DNA from: an uncultured Acidobacteriota bacterium
Lineage (GTDB): Bacteria > Acidobacteriota > Vicinamibacteria > Vicinamibacterales > UBA2999
DNA length: 64,000 bases
NCBI GenBank assembly: GCA_963707825.1
Contig: CAVPRP010000009.1
Coordinates: 154,602 to 218,601 of the forward strand
Direction: 5' to 3'
Under the pieces are notes generated by a model. The model was not told the DNA's origin, did no database searches, and saw only the letters and a program-made list of their open reading frames with translations. The translations under genes and the position numbers were made by a program. Positions within the stretch are counted from its first letter, which is position 1, and each line of letters begins with the position of its first letter. Positions 1 through 9,705 of the stretch are shown one piece after another.

Positions 1-675
1 ATCGTGCTGCCCGATGTCGATCTCGAAGCGGTGACGGCCGGGGCCGTGACCAGCAAGTTCCGCAACGGCGGGCAGGTGTGCGTAGCGCCGCAGCGGTTCC
101 TGGTCCAGCGCAGCGTGGCCGAGGCGTTCGCGGAGCGCGTGGCCAGTCGCGCGTCCCGATTGCGGCTGGGCAGCGGGCTCGATCCCGAGGTGCAGGTCGG
201 GCCGCTGATCAACGCCCGCCAGCGCGACCGGGTCGCGGCACTCGTCACCGGCGCCGCGCGCGGCGGCGTCAACGTGATGGCCGGCGGTCAGGCGCCAGCG
301 AACCTGCCGCGCGGCTACTTCTTCGAACCGACCGTGCTCTCCGGTGTCACGCCGGAGATGCCGGTGTTCGAGGAAGAGATCTTCGGGCCGGTGATGCCGA
401 TCATCACGTTCGATGAACTGGACGAGGCGATCGCGCTCGCCAACCGCACGCCGTATGGGCTGGCCGCTTACGTGTGGACCAACAATCTTGCCGCGTCGGT
501 CAAGGCCAGCGAGGGGCTGGAATTCGGCATCGTCGGCGTCAACGAGTGGGCGCCCCACGCCACCGAGGGGCCGTTTGGCGGCTGGAAGCAGAGCGGCGTC
601 GGCCACGAGAGCGGCAGCGAGGGGTTGTCGGAGTATCTGGAAACGAAGCTGATCGGCGTCGGCGGGCTGACCTAG
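1..675 (+). CDS. NAD(P)-dependent aldehyde dehydrogenase, C-terminal part (5' end lies outside the window)
   Basis: Frame is open from base 1 and ends at TAG 673-675. ALDH blocks are present: EEIFGPVMPI, PYGLAAYVWT, GWKQSGVGHESG. Confidence 0.85.
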   Translation: MVLPDVDLEAVTAGAVTSKFRNGGQVCVAPQRFLVQRSVAEAFAERVASRASRLRLGSGLDPEVQVGPLINARQRDRVAALVTGAARGGVNVMAGGQAPANLPRGYFFEPTVLSGVTPEMPVFEEEIFGPVMPIITFDELDEAIALANRTPYGLAAYVWTNNLAASVKASEGLEFGIVGVNEWAPHATEGPFGGWKQSGVGHESGSEGLSEYLETKLIGVGGLT

Positions 676-738
676 CGCGTCGCCATCGCCAGTTCGGCTC
701 GGGTCTCTCGACGACTCACGGCAGCCAGTCATGCTGCC

Positions 739-1228
739 GAAGGCCTCGCCGCATTCCGGACCGGTCGGTCGGCCGGTCAACCATGCCGGCGGCATCACAA
801 GCACTCAGGCAAACTCGCCCTGCCTTCGATGGGGCTCAAACATGCCGCGTGGGGACCGCCGGCACGGTTGTCGGCATCGCGAACGGCCGACCTCCAACGG
901 TCCGGCCTGCACCGACGCCTTCGTCAGCTGCGTGACGCTGCCCGTCGCAACTTGCCGAAGAAAGCCGCTCGCCTGACGACCGGTCTGGTGGCAAGCGAGA
1001 CCGTCGACGCATCGCTCGGCCGCGCATCGGCAGCCCTCACATGAAGAAGGCGTCGGCGTACGACAGACCGTTGGAGGTTGGCCGACTCAAGATGCCGACA
1101 ACTGCGGCGACGGGGAGCACTCGGCATGTTTGAGCGGGGCGAAGGAACGCGAGTTTGCCCAGGCGCTTGATCGACCGTCGGCGCAGTTGACCGGCCAACC
1201 GACCGGTCTGGCGGACGCCGATGCCTTC
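739..1228. repeat. Imperfect inverted duplication of about 190 bp (arms ~739-925 and ~1043-1228) in a convergent intergenic region
   Basis: The reverse complement of 1043-1228 aligns by eye with 739-925 through shared blocks: GACCGGTCGGTYGGCCGGTCAAC, GGCAAACTCGC, GCTCAAACATGCCG, GTTGTCGGCATC, GGCCRACCTCCAACGGTC, CGACGCCTTC. Confidence 0.6.
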
Positions 1229-1275
1229 TTCAGCCTATGGGCTGCGCGTCGCCAGTCGGCGTGCGGCGTCTGGCT

Positions 1276-2607
1276 TTAGTCGATCGAACCCACCGCAGCG
1301 TCGATGGCGCCGTGCAGACGGTCGGCGATGATCTCCAGGTGCGACTCCTCGACGATGAACGGCGGCGCCAGCAGGATGTGGTCGCCGCTCCGGCCGTCGA
1401 TGGTGCCGCCCATCGGGTACGTCATCAACCCGCGCGCCATGCACTCGCGCTTCACCCTGGCGTGGAGCCGGGCGTCTGGGTCGAAGGGGGTCTTGCGGTC
1501 CCGGTCCTTCACCAGTTCAATCGCCCAGAACAGCCCGCGCCCGCGGATGTCGCCGACGTGCGGGTGATGTTCGAAGCGCTCCTGCATCATCCTCTTGAAC
1601 AGCCGGCCCTTCAGCCGCACGTTCATCAGCAGCCCGTCACGCTCGATCACCTGCTGCACGGCCAGCGCCGCGGCACACGCCACGGGGTGTCCGAGATAGG
1701 TGTGCCCGTGCTGGAAGAACCCGCTGCCGCGTGACAGCGCCGAGACCACGGCCTCGTGTGCCAGCACGGCGCCAATCGGCTGGAAGCCGCCGCCGAGGCC
1801 CTTGGCGATCGTCATCAGGTCCGGGATGATGCCCTCCTGCTCGGAGGCGTGCAAGGTGCCGGTCCGCCCCATGCCGCACATCACCTCGTCGAGAATCAGC
1901 AGCACGCCGTGGCGGTCGCAGATCTCACGCACCGCCCTGAAGTAGCCCGGCGGCGCGGTGGTCGCCCCCTGGGTTGCGCCACCGACGGTTTCGGCGACGA
2001 ACGCGATCACGCGCTTCGGTCCGCACGCCTCGATCGCCGTCTCCAGCTCGGTGGCCAGCCGCGCGCCGTAGGCCTCTGGCGTCTCGTCGGCGCGCTGGTC
2101 GCGATACGCGTAACACGGCGACACGTGCTGGACGTCGATCAGTAACGGCGCGTAGAGCCGGCGCCGCGGCTCGTTGCCCCCGACCGCCAGCGCGCCCAGC
2201 GTGTTGCCGTGATAGCTCTGCCGCCGCGCGATGAAGAGGCTGCGCTCCGGCTCCCCGATCTCGACGAAGTATTGCCGCGCCAGCTTCAGCGCCGCCTCGA
2301 TCGCCTCCGACCCGCCGCTCACGAAGTAGACGCGATTCACGCCGGGCGGCGCGGTCCGCGCCAGCTGTTCGGCCAGCGCCTCCGCCGGTTCAGACGTGAA
2401 GAAACTGGTGTGAGCATAGGCCACGCGATCGATCTGCGCGTGCATCGCCGCGCGCACGTCGGGATCGCCATGCCCGAGGCACGAGACCGCCGCCCCGCCG
2501 CAGGCGTCGATGTATTGCATCCCCGACGCGTCGGTGACGAAGACCCCGTCGGCACTGGCGGCAACCGGGGGCGTGACATGCAGATGGCGATGGATGATAT
2601 GGGGCAT
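1276..2607 (-). CDS. Class-III (omega) PLP-dependent aminotransferase
   Basis: Start trimmed to ATG at 2607 (MPHIIHRH...), because the ORF-track N-terminus is non-homologous. Motifs: SGGSEAIEAALKLAR, LILDEVMCGMGRTG, HGHTYLGHP. Confidence 0.85.
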   Translation of the reverse strand: MPHIIHRHLHVTPPVAASADGVFVTDASGMQYIDACGGAAVSCLGHGDPDVRAAMHAQIDRVAYAHTSFFTSEPAEALAEQLARTAPPGVNRVYFVSGGSEAIEAALKLARQYFVEIGEPERSLFIARRQSYHGNTLGALAVGGNEPRRRLYAPLLIDVQHVSPCYAYRDQRADETPEAYGARLATELETAIEACGPKRVIAFVAETVGGATQGATTAPPGYFRAVREICDRHGVLLILDEVMCGMGRTGTLHASEQEGIIPDLMTIAKGLGGGFQPIGAVLAHEAVVSALSRGSGFFQHGHTYLGHPVACAAALAVQQVIERDGLLMNVRLKGRLFKRMMQERFEHHPHVGDIRGRGLFWAIELVKDRDRKTPFDPDARLHARVKRECMARGLMTYPMGGTIDGRSGDHILLAPPFIVEESHLEIIADRLHGAIDAAVGSID

Positions 2608-2646
2608 CGAAACACGTTGATGATACGCCGTGCCGACGGGACTACA

Positions 2647-4558
2647 ATGCGCCACATCATGAGCAGCACGGATCGGCAGCTTGGCATGGGCGCCGCAATC
2701 ACGCGGCGCGACTTCCTGAACGGCGTGGCAGTCGGAGTGGGCGGCGCGATGGTTTCCAGCGGCCTGCCCGGAGATCTCGGCGCCCTGCTCGCCCAGGGGG
2801 CTCCCTATCCGCCGGCGCTCACCGGCCTGCGCGGGTCGCACCAGGGCTCGTTCGAGGTGCTGCACGCGCTGCGGGACAGCGCGTTCTGGACCAAGGCCGG
2901 TGCCGCCTCAGGACACGCGGGAAGAGTATGACCTCGTGGTCGTCGGCGCCGGCATCAGCGGCCTTGCCGCGGCGCACTATTTCAAGCAGGCGCGGCCCGA
3001 CGCGCGCATTCTGATCCTCGACAACCACGACGACTTCGGCGGCCACGCCAAGCGCAACGAGTTCTCGCACGAGGGCCGCACCTACATCGGCTACGGCGGC
3101 ACCCAGTCGATCGACAGCCCGCAGCCGTACAGCAAGGTGGCCAAGGACCTGATCACCGAGCTCGGCATCGACGTCGCCCGCTACGCCAAGGTGCTGGACT
3201 CGGGGCTCTACAAGTCGCTCGGCCTCCGCCCCTCGATGTTCTTCAACAAGGAAGCGTTCGGCACCGACCGCCTGGTAGTTGGCGACGTCCGCGACGAGGC
3301 ATTCATCAAGGCCGCGCCGCTCACTCCCGCGGTCGCGCGCGACCTGAAGCGGTTGCAGACCGAATCGTTCGATCCGATGCCCGGTCTGTCGTCGTCGGAG
3401 AAGAAGGCGCGCCTCGCGCGTATCAGCTACACCACCTTTGTCACGACGATGTGGAAGCTCGATCCCGGCGTGCTGTGGCCCTATCAGGCGCGAACGCATG
3501 GCCTGTTCGGCGTCGGCGTGGACGGTGTCCCGGCACAGGACGCGTTCGCGTTGGGCCTGCCTGGCTTCCAGGGCATGGGGCTCGACGACAAGCCGGGCCC
3601 GGGCCAGAACTTCGACTCGATGGGCACCGAGGAAGGGGAGAACTACTACTTCCACTTCCCCGACGGCAACGCCTCGGTCGCGCGGCTGCTGGTGCGTCGT
3701 CTGATCCCCGGCGCCATCCCCGGTTCCACCATGGACGATGTGGTGACGGCGAAGGCGGATTACGGCAAGCTGGACACTGCCGGCTCCGCGGTTCGCATCC
3801 GCCTGAGCGCGCCGGTGCTGCGCGTGCGCCATACCGGACCGGCCACTGGTGATCGTCGCGTGGAGATCGCCTACCAGCAGAACGGCGTGCTGAAGAGCGT
3901 GACCGCGCGCTCGACCGTGCTCGCCTGCTGGCACACGGTGATCCCGGCGCTCTGTCCGGAGCTGCCGGCCGCGCAGAAGACCGCGCTGGACTACGCCATC
4001 AAGGTGCCGCTCGTCTACACCAACGTCTTCATCCGGCAGTGGACGGCCTTCCAGAAGCTCGGCATCCAGCGGGTGTCGATGCCCGGCATGTTTCACACGT
4101 CAGCAAACCTCGACTTCCCGGTCAGCCTCGGCACCTACAAGCACCAGACCGACCCGACGCAGCCCATCGTGCTGCACCTGAGCAAGGCCGCGTGCAAACC
4201 AGGTCTTCCGACGCGCGCGCAGCATCGCGCCGGTCGCGCCGAGTTGTTGTCCACCTCGTTCGAGACCATCGAGCGCGGCATCCGCGACTCACTCGGCCGC
4301 GCGCTCGGCGGCGGCGGGTTCGACCCCGCGCGCGACATCCTCGGCATCACCGTCAACCGCTGGCCGCACGGCTACGCCTACCAGTACAACTCGCTCGAGG
4401 ACGAGTTCTGGGTGAACGGCGGCGAACAGCCCTGCGCCGTCGCCCGCAAGCCTTTCGGGCGCATCGCCATCGCCAATGCCGACGCCGCGGCCTATTCGTA
4501 TACGGATGCGGCGATCGATCACGGCCACCGGGCAGTGGAAGAACTGTTGAAGGCGTAA
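2647..4558 (+). pseudogene. Tat-signal FAD-dependent amine oxidoreductase, spermidine-dehydrogenase (SpdH)-like; one frame change near 2895-2915
   Basis: The N-terminus (ITRRDFLNGVAVG, ...SFEVLHALRD) is in frame 1. The rest (EEYDLVVVGAGISGLAAA, DNHDDFGGHAKRNEF) is in frame 2. Removing one C from GCCGCC joins ...WTKAGA to PQDTREEYD. Confidence 0.7.
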
Positions 4559-4561
4559 GGA

Positions 4562-4667
4562 CCGGCAGACCGGCAACCGGCAGACGGCAGACGGCAGGCC
4601 AGGCCAAGACTCAAGACCCAAGACCCAAGACCCAAGACTCAAGACCGCTAGAGGCAGAAGGGCAGAC
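4562..4667 (+). repeat. Heptanucleotide tandem-repeat mosaic, locus 1 (GGCAGAC-type x4, then [C/T]CAAGAC x6)
   Basis: Direct reading: ccggcagac cggcaac cggcagac ggcagac ... ccaagac tcaagac ccaagac ccaagac ccaagac tcaagac. Confidence 0.9.
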
Positions 4668-4671
4668 ACTG

Positions 4672-6010
4672 GTGGAACCCCCGGCCCGGATTCCCCGCAC
4701 GCTGGGGCTCACCGATCTCGTCCTCCTCGGCACGGTCGCCATCGTCAACGTCAACGTGGTCCCGCCGGTGGGCGGGTTCGGCCGCGCGACGCTTGGCGCT
4801 GTGGCTGCTCGCGTGGCTGGCCTTCTTCGTCCCCGAGGCGATTGCGGTGCTCGCCCTGTCGAAGCGCTATCCCGGCGAGGGCGGGGTCTACCTGTGGGCG
4901 CGCGAGCATTTCGGCGGGCTGCACGGGTTCATCTCCGGCTGGTGCTACTGGACCAACAGCCTGTTCTACGTGCCGGTGCTGCTGGTCTATCTCGCCGGCG
5001 TGCTGGCATTCGCCGGCGGCGATCGCACGGCCGGTCTGGTGGACAATCCCTGGTTCGTCGGCGGCGTCGCCTTCGGCTGGCTGGCACTCATCACCGCGGC
5101 CAACATCCGCGGCATGGGCGTCGGCAAGTGGATCAACAACATCGGCGGCGCGGGCGGCATGGCCACCGTGGTGCTGGTCGCCATCGCCGCCGCGGTCGCG
5201 CGCTGGACCGGCACCGCGACCTCGCCGGTACTGGTGCAGGGCACCGCCTTCGACATGGCCGGCGCGCTCGGCGTGATGTGCTTCGCGTTCATCGGCATCG
5301 AGCTCGCCTCGACGATGTCGGACGAGATCCGGCACCCGGCGCGGGACGTGCCGCGATCGATCGTGATCACCGGCGTGATCGCGCTGGTCGCGTACCTGCT
5401 GGTGGCCGACGCGCTGATCGCGCTGGTGCCTCCGGGCGAGCTCGGCGCCATTCAGGGCGTGATGCAGGCCGTGCAACAGGGCGCTGCTGCCGCCGGCGCC
5501 AGCTGGCTGGTGGCCCCGATTGCGATCGTGATGGCGCTGTCGGTCGGCGGTTCGGCGTCGGCCTGGTTTGCCGGGCCGTCGCGCATTCCGTTCGTCGCCG
5601 GCCTGGATCGCGCGCTGCCGGCCGCGCTGGGGCGGGTGCACCCTCGCTGGGGCTCACCTTACGTGGCGCTGCTGACCTGCGGCGTGATCTCGGCGGCGCT
5701 GACCGCGTTGTCGCTCGCGGGATCGACGGTGGCCGAGGCGTATCAGGTGCTGCTGCGGGCGGCCGTGGTGCTGAACCTGGTGCCGTTCGTCTACGTGTTC
5801 CTGGCCTTGATGACGCTGGATACGGCCCGTGGTTTCGAGCGCGTGGCCGGAGCCGTCGGCGCCGTGGTCACGGCAGCGGGGATCGTCGCGGTGTTCCTGC
5901 CAACCGGTGACGTCGGCAACGTGTGGATCTTCGAGATGAAGATGGCCCTTGGCGTGGGCGTGCCGATCGGCGTCGGGCTGTGGTTGTACTGGCGGGCGCG
6001 GCAGGGGTGA
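4672..6010 (+). pseudogene. APC-family amino acid/polyamine permease; one frame change near 4790
   Basis: The N-terminal segment RTLGLTDLVLLGTVAIVNVNVVPP is in frame 1. The body (ALWLLAWLAFFVPEA..GEGGVYLWAREHFG, multiple TM helices) is in frame 2. One extra G in CTTGG explains the shift. The GTG start at 4672 is tentative. Confidence 0.75.
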
Positions 6011-6089
6011 ACCTCGACGCCAGTTCAAGACACTCAACAGATCAACAGCTCAGTTCATCAGATCAAGACATCACGACTTCACCAGCTAT

Positions 6090-7661
6090 CTACTTCTTGC
6101 CCGGCGTGATCACTTGTCCCGGCCGGGCTCCTGTCGCCTGAGGCTCTTCCCACACGCGGATGCCGTTCACCCAGGTGCCGCGGATCCCCGACGACAGCTT
6201 GAACGGCTCGTCGAAGGTGCTGTTGTCGATCACGGTCGCGGGATCGAACAGGACCAGGTCGGCCCACATGCCCGGCTTGATGGCGCCGCGATCGGCGAGC
6301 TTGAGGCGGGCCGCCGGCATCGTCGTCATCTTGCGGACCGCGTCCTCGAGCGTCAGCCATTTCTTCTCGCGGACGAAGCGGCCGAGCACGCGCGGGAACG
6401 TGCCGGCTCCCCGTGGATGGCGGACGCCGATGCCGCCATCGCTCGCCACCATCGTGTACGGCCACTGATAGAAGGCGCGGATGTCCTCCTCGATCATCGC
6501 CGTGCACACGACCCCGGCGCCGCCGTCCTTGACGATCTGGATGAACTGTTCGACCGGCGTGACCCCGCGCGATGCCGCCACCGCCGCCAGCGTTTTGAAC
6601 TCGTACTCGGGGTGGGCGGCGTGCCGGGTGATCAGCACGTGCGCGGCGCCTCCCACGTCATCGAGCCCCCGGGCCACGTCCACCGGATCGTCGTAGCGCT
6701 TGCTGGGAATCAGCACCGTGATGGTGGACGACCAGGCGTCGTAGGGATAGGCGTCCGCGGTTACGTCCAGCCCCCGGGCGCGCGCCTCGTCAAACAGCTT
6801 CAGCGCCTCCGCGGCCTTGCCCCACACACCAGCAGTGCCCAGCTTCAGGTGCGTGTTCTGGACCGGCAGCTTTGCCTGCTCGGCGATGGTAATCACCTCG
6901 CGCATGGCGTCGAACGCCTTGTCGGCTTCGTCGCGCACGTGCGAGATGTAGAAGCCGCCCTGGCGCGCGGCCGCGCGGGCCATCGCCACCACTTCGTCCG
7001 TCGCGGAGTAGCTGCCGACCTCGTACTCGAGGCCGGACGACAACGCCACGGCGCCTTCCTGCATCCCCTGCCCCACGTACTCCGTCATCCGCGCCACTTC
7101 ATCGGGACGGGCGACGCGCTTGTAGTCCTTCCCCATCACCAGCTCGCGGATGGTGGCATGCCCCACGGCGGTCATCACATTGACGGCCGGCGGCTCGCGC
7201 CGCAGCTTGTCGAGATAGCCGGCAATAGGCCACGGCGAGCTGCCGTCCTGTCCGACGACGAGCGTGGTGATGCCCTGCGAGATTTGCGTGGCCGCGATCG
7301 GCTCGGTGAGCAATCCCTCCGTGGAGTGGTTGTGCGTGTCGATGAAGCCCGGCGCCAGTACCAGGCCCTGCGCGTCCACCACGCGATCGCCGCTCGACGG
7401 CGTGATCGCGCCTACCTCGGTGATGCGGCCGTCCACGACACGTACCGCGGCCCGGCGCGCCGGCGCACCGGTGCCGTCGACGACCTGCGCGTTGGTGATG
7501 ACGAACGAGGCGCGCTCCTGGGCGCGGGCGGCGCCGCCCGGTTGCAGCAACGCGATCGCGGCGCAGACCAGGGCGAGACAGCCGCTCCGTGCAATACGGA
7601 CGCGGTCAGCGGGCTTCGAGTGTGTCGGCAAGACGGGCAATCTCCTCGAGCGCGCGGCCAA
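6090..7661 (-). CDS. N-acyl-D-amino-acid deacylase (D-aminoacylase) family amidohydrolase, secreted
   Basis: Signal-like N-terminus, GFIDTHNHS metal-binding motif and the DAYPYDAWSS block. The only upstream canonical start is TTG 7661, which overlaps the end of the preceding gene, so the start is uncertain. Confidence 0.85.
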   Translation of the reverse strand: MAARSRRLPVLPTHSKPADRVRIARSGCLALVCAAIALLQPGGAARAQERASFVITNAQVVDGTGAPARRAAVRVVDGRITEVGAITPSSGDRVVDAQGLVLAPGFIDTHNHSTEGLLTEPIAATQISQGITTLVVGQDGSSPWPIAGYLDKLRREPPAVNVMTAVGHATIRELVMGKDYKRVARPDEVARMTEYVGQGMQEGAVALSSGLEYEVGSYSATDEVVAMARAAARQGGFYISHVRDEADKAFDAMREVITIAEQAKLPVQNTHLKLGTAGVWGKAAEALKLFDEARARGLDVTADAYPYDAWSSTITVLIPSKRYDDPVDVARGLDDVGGAAHVLITRHAAHPEYEFKTLAAVAASRGVTPVEQFIQIVKDGGAGVVCTAMIEEDIRAFYQWPYTMVASDGGIGVRHPRGAGTFPRVLGRFVREKKWLTLEDAVRKMTTMPAARLKLADRGAIKPGMWADLVLFDPATVIDNSTFDEPFKLSSGIRGTWVNGIRVWEEPQATGARPGQVITPGKK

Positions 7662-9705
7662 ATCGGTCGAGCGCCTGTTCCAGGCGTGTGACTTCTCGGG
7701 CGACCGCTGCCGCGTCGCCGAGGCGAATCGATTCGGCCAGGCCCGGCAGTGGCTGGCCTTCGTACAACGAGTAGATGTTCCACCCGTAAATCACGTGACG
7801 ATACCACCGCGTGGCGGGCGGCTCGGATTCATCGAGCAATTGCTGCTCGAGATGCATCAGCGCGTCGTTCAGCGGACGGAGGCGAGCGGGATCGCTCGCG
7901 GCACTCGATTCCGGGCGGGCGAGACGCGCTTCGATGGCGGCGGCCCGACGAGCCGCATCGCCGGCCATGGCGCGAGCTTTCGACAGGTCCAGCGCGACCC
8001 GCTGGCGGCCGTTGTCGTCCACCGCCCACGTGCTCGCGGTGTCGATGAACTCCTGCATCTTCTGCGCGTAGTAGGAATAGCGGAACGGCAGCACCTCGGT
8101 CGAGGCCAGCCGCATCACCGTCAGCCCGAGCACGCGGGCCAGTGTCTGGCCGACCTTGAATCCCGGATCGACGTGCTTCTCGACGTACTGCCGTGTGTCG
8201 TAGTTCGAATGATACGGCCCGTAACTGCCCTCGAAGTCGAACTCCATCTGCATGGTCGGCAGGCCGAGGAAGTCCTGGAACGCGACGAAGTCGGCGCCGC
8301 TGCCGAGCGCGGCCAGGTCCACCTCGAACCCGTCCTGCCCGCGCCGGCGGCGTTCGGCTGGCTGGCGCTGCCATTCGGTGGCGCGCCACTCGTCGTAGAC
8401 CGAGCCCTTGCCATCGTAGTGCGGCACGTCGCGCGTCACCTGCACGAGGAAGTCCCGCAGCGACGGCGTGCCGCCACCGTCGAACCGTCCGCGCATCGAC
8501 AGATCGGTGTTGATGTAGACGATGGCCTTCTCGCGCAGCTCTTTTTGCAGCGCCTCGGCGTACTCGGTCGAGCCGATCAGCCCGAACTCCTCCGCGTCCC
8601 AGAACGCGAAGACGATCGTGCGCTCCGGGGTCCACCCCGATCGGGCGAGCGCGGCCAGGCCGCGCGCCACCTCGAACGTCGGGCTGAGTCCGGTGCCCGG
8701 GTCCATGCCGCCGAAGCTCCACGCGTCGTGATGCGTGCCCAGGACAATCCAACGGTCGGGGTCGCGGCCGGTGATCTTGCCGATGATGTTGCGAATGGGG
8801 CGGCGCCCGGCGTCCATCTGCACGTCGAGCTTGACCGTGACCGGCCCGGGGCCCAGGTGATACGTGAACGGCAAGGCACCCTGGAAGCCGGAGCCCGAGG
8901 GAACCACGGGGCCGCCCAACTTCGACAGGATCTTTGCGGCCTCGCGCCACGGCAGTACGACGGCGGGAATCTTCGGCAGGGTCGGTGCCGTTGCTGGATC
9001 GAGCGCCGGCGCATCGGGCGTCGCGCCGACGCCGGGCGTGAGCGGATCGCCGTGCCAGAACCAGCTGTACTTGCCGTTGCCGCTCTGCGACTGGAAGTCG
9101 GCGCGCCACGGCCCGTCCGGCCACGTCGCTCCGCGCGCGAACCCGTCATCGGCAGGGTCGGAGTAGATGATGATGCCGGCCGCGCCGGCCTGCTCCGCGG
9201 TGTGGAGCTTCACCGCGCGATGACTGCGGGCGTAGCGTGCGATGACGACCTTCCCGCGCACGTCGATGCCGGCCGCGGCCAGCCGCGCGTAGTCCGGCGG
9301 AAGACCGTAGTTCGCGTAGACCACCGGGCCGGTCACGGTTCCGGACGCGGAATAGGCCACGAACGCCGGACCGAGTTCCGGGTCGGCGCTATCGGGATCC
9401 CGTGCCAGGACCGGCTCGCGCACGGTCAACGACGCAGGCTCGGGCGACACGATGTCCACCTTGATCGAACGTGGGGTCGAGAGCTGGACGAGGTACTCGC
9501 GCACTTCGGTCTGCAGGCCCGCCTGTTCAAGCGCTTTCCGCACGCGTTCCGCCACTTCCATCGACCGCGGCGAGCCGGCGATGTGCGGGTGCTCGGTCAC
9601 CTGCTTGTGAATGGCGCTGATCGACTCGGTCGACACGCCGTTCAGGAAACGCTCCTCCATCGCCTGCGCCGCCGGAGAGCGCGGGGGCGTGGCCGCGGCG
9701 AGCAT
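7606..9705 (-). CDS. M28-family metallopeptidase with PA domain and transferrin-receptor-like dimerisation domain (glutamate carboxypeptidase II-like)
   Basis: Motifs: VVYANYGLPPDY..GKVVIARY (PA), GTHHDAWSFGG and FWDAEEFGLIGS (M28 zinc site), and a helical C-terminal dimerisation region. The start is placed at the first in-frame ATG (9705). The frame stays open upstream into the CocE/NonD gene. Confidence 0.8.
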   Translation of the reverse strand: MLAAATPPRSPAAQAMEERFLNGVSTESISAIHKQVTEHPHIAGSPRSMEVAERVRKALEQAGLQTEVREYLVQLSTPRSIKVDIVSPEPASLTVREPVLARDPDSADPELGPAFVAYSASGTVTGPVVYANYGLPPDYARLAAAGIDVRGKVVIARYARSHRAVKLHTAEQAGAAGIIIYSDPADDGFARGATWPDGPWRADFQSQSGNGKYSWFWHGDPLTPGVGATPDAPALDPATAPTLPKIPAVVLPWREAAKILSKLGGPVVPSGSGFQGALPFTYHLGPGPVTVKLDVQMDAGRRPIRNIIGKITGRDPDRWIVLGTHHDAWSFGGMDPGTGLSPTFEVARGLAALARSGWTPERTIVFAFWDAEEFGLIGSTEYAEALQKELREKAIVYINTDLSMRGRFDGGGTPSLRDFLVQVTRDVPHYDGKGSVYDEWRATEWQRQPAERRRRGQDGFEVDLAALGSGADFVAFQDFLGLPTMQMEFDFEGSYGPYHSNYDTRQYVEKHVDPGFKVGQTLARVLGLTVMRLASTEVLPFRYSYYAQKMQEFIDTASTWAVDDNGRQRVALDLSKARAMAGDAARRAAAIEARLARPESSAASDPARLRPLNDALMHLEQQLLDESEPPATRWYRHVIYGWNIYSLYEGQPLPGLAESIRLGDAAAVAREVTRLEQALDRFGRALEEIARLADTLEAR

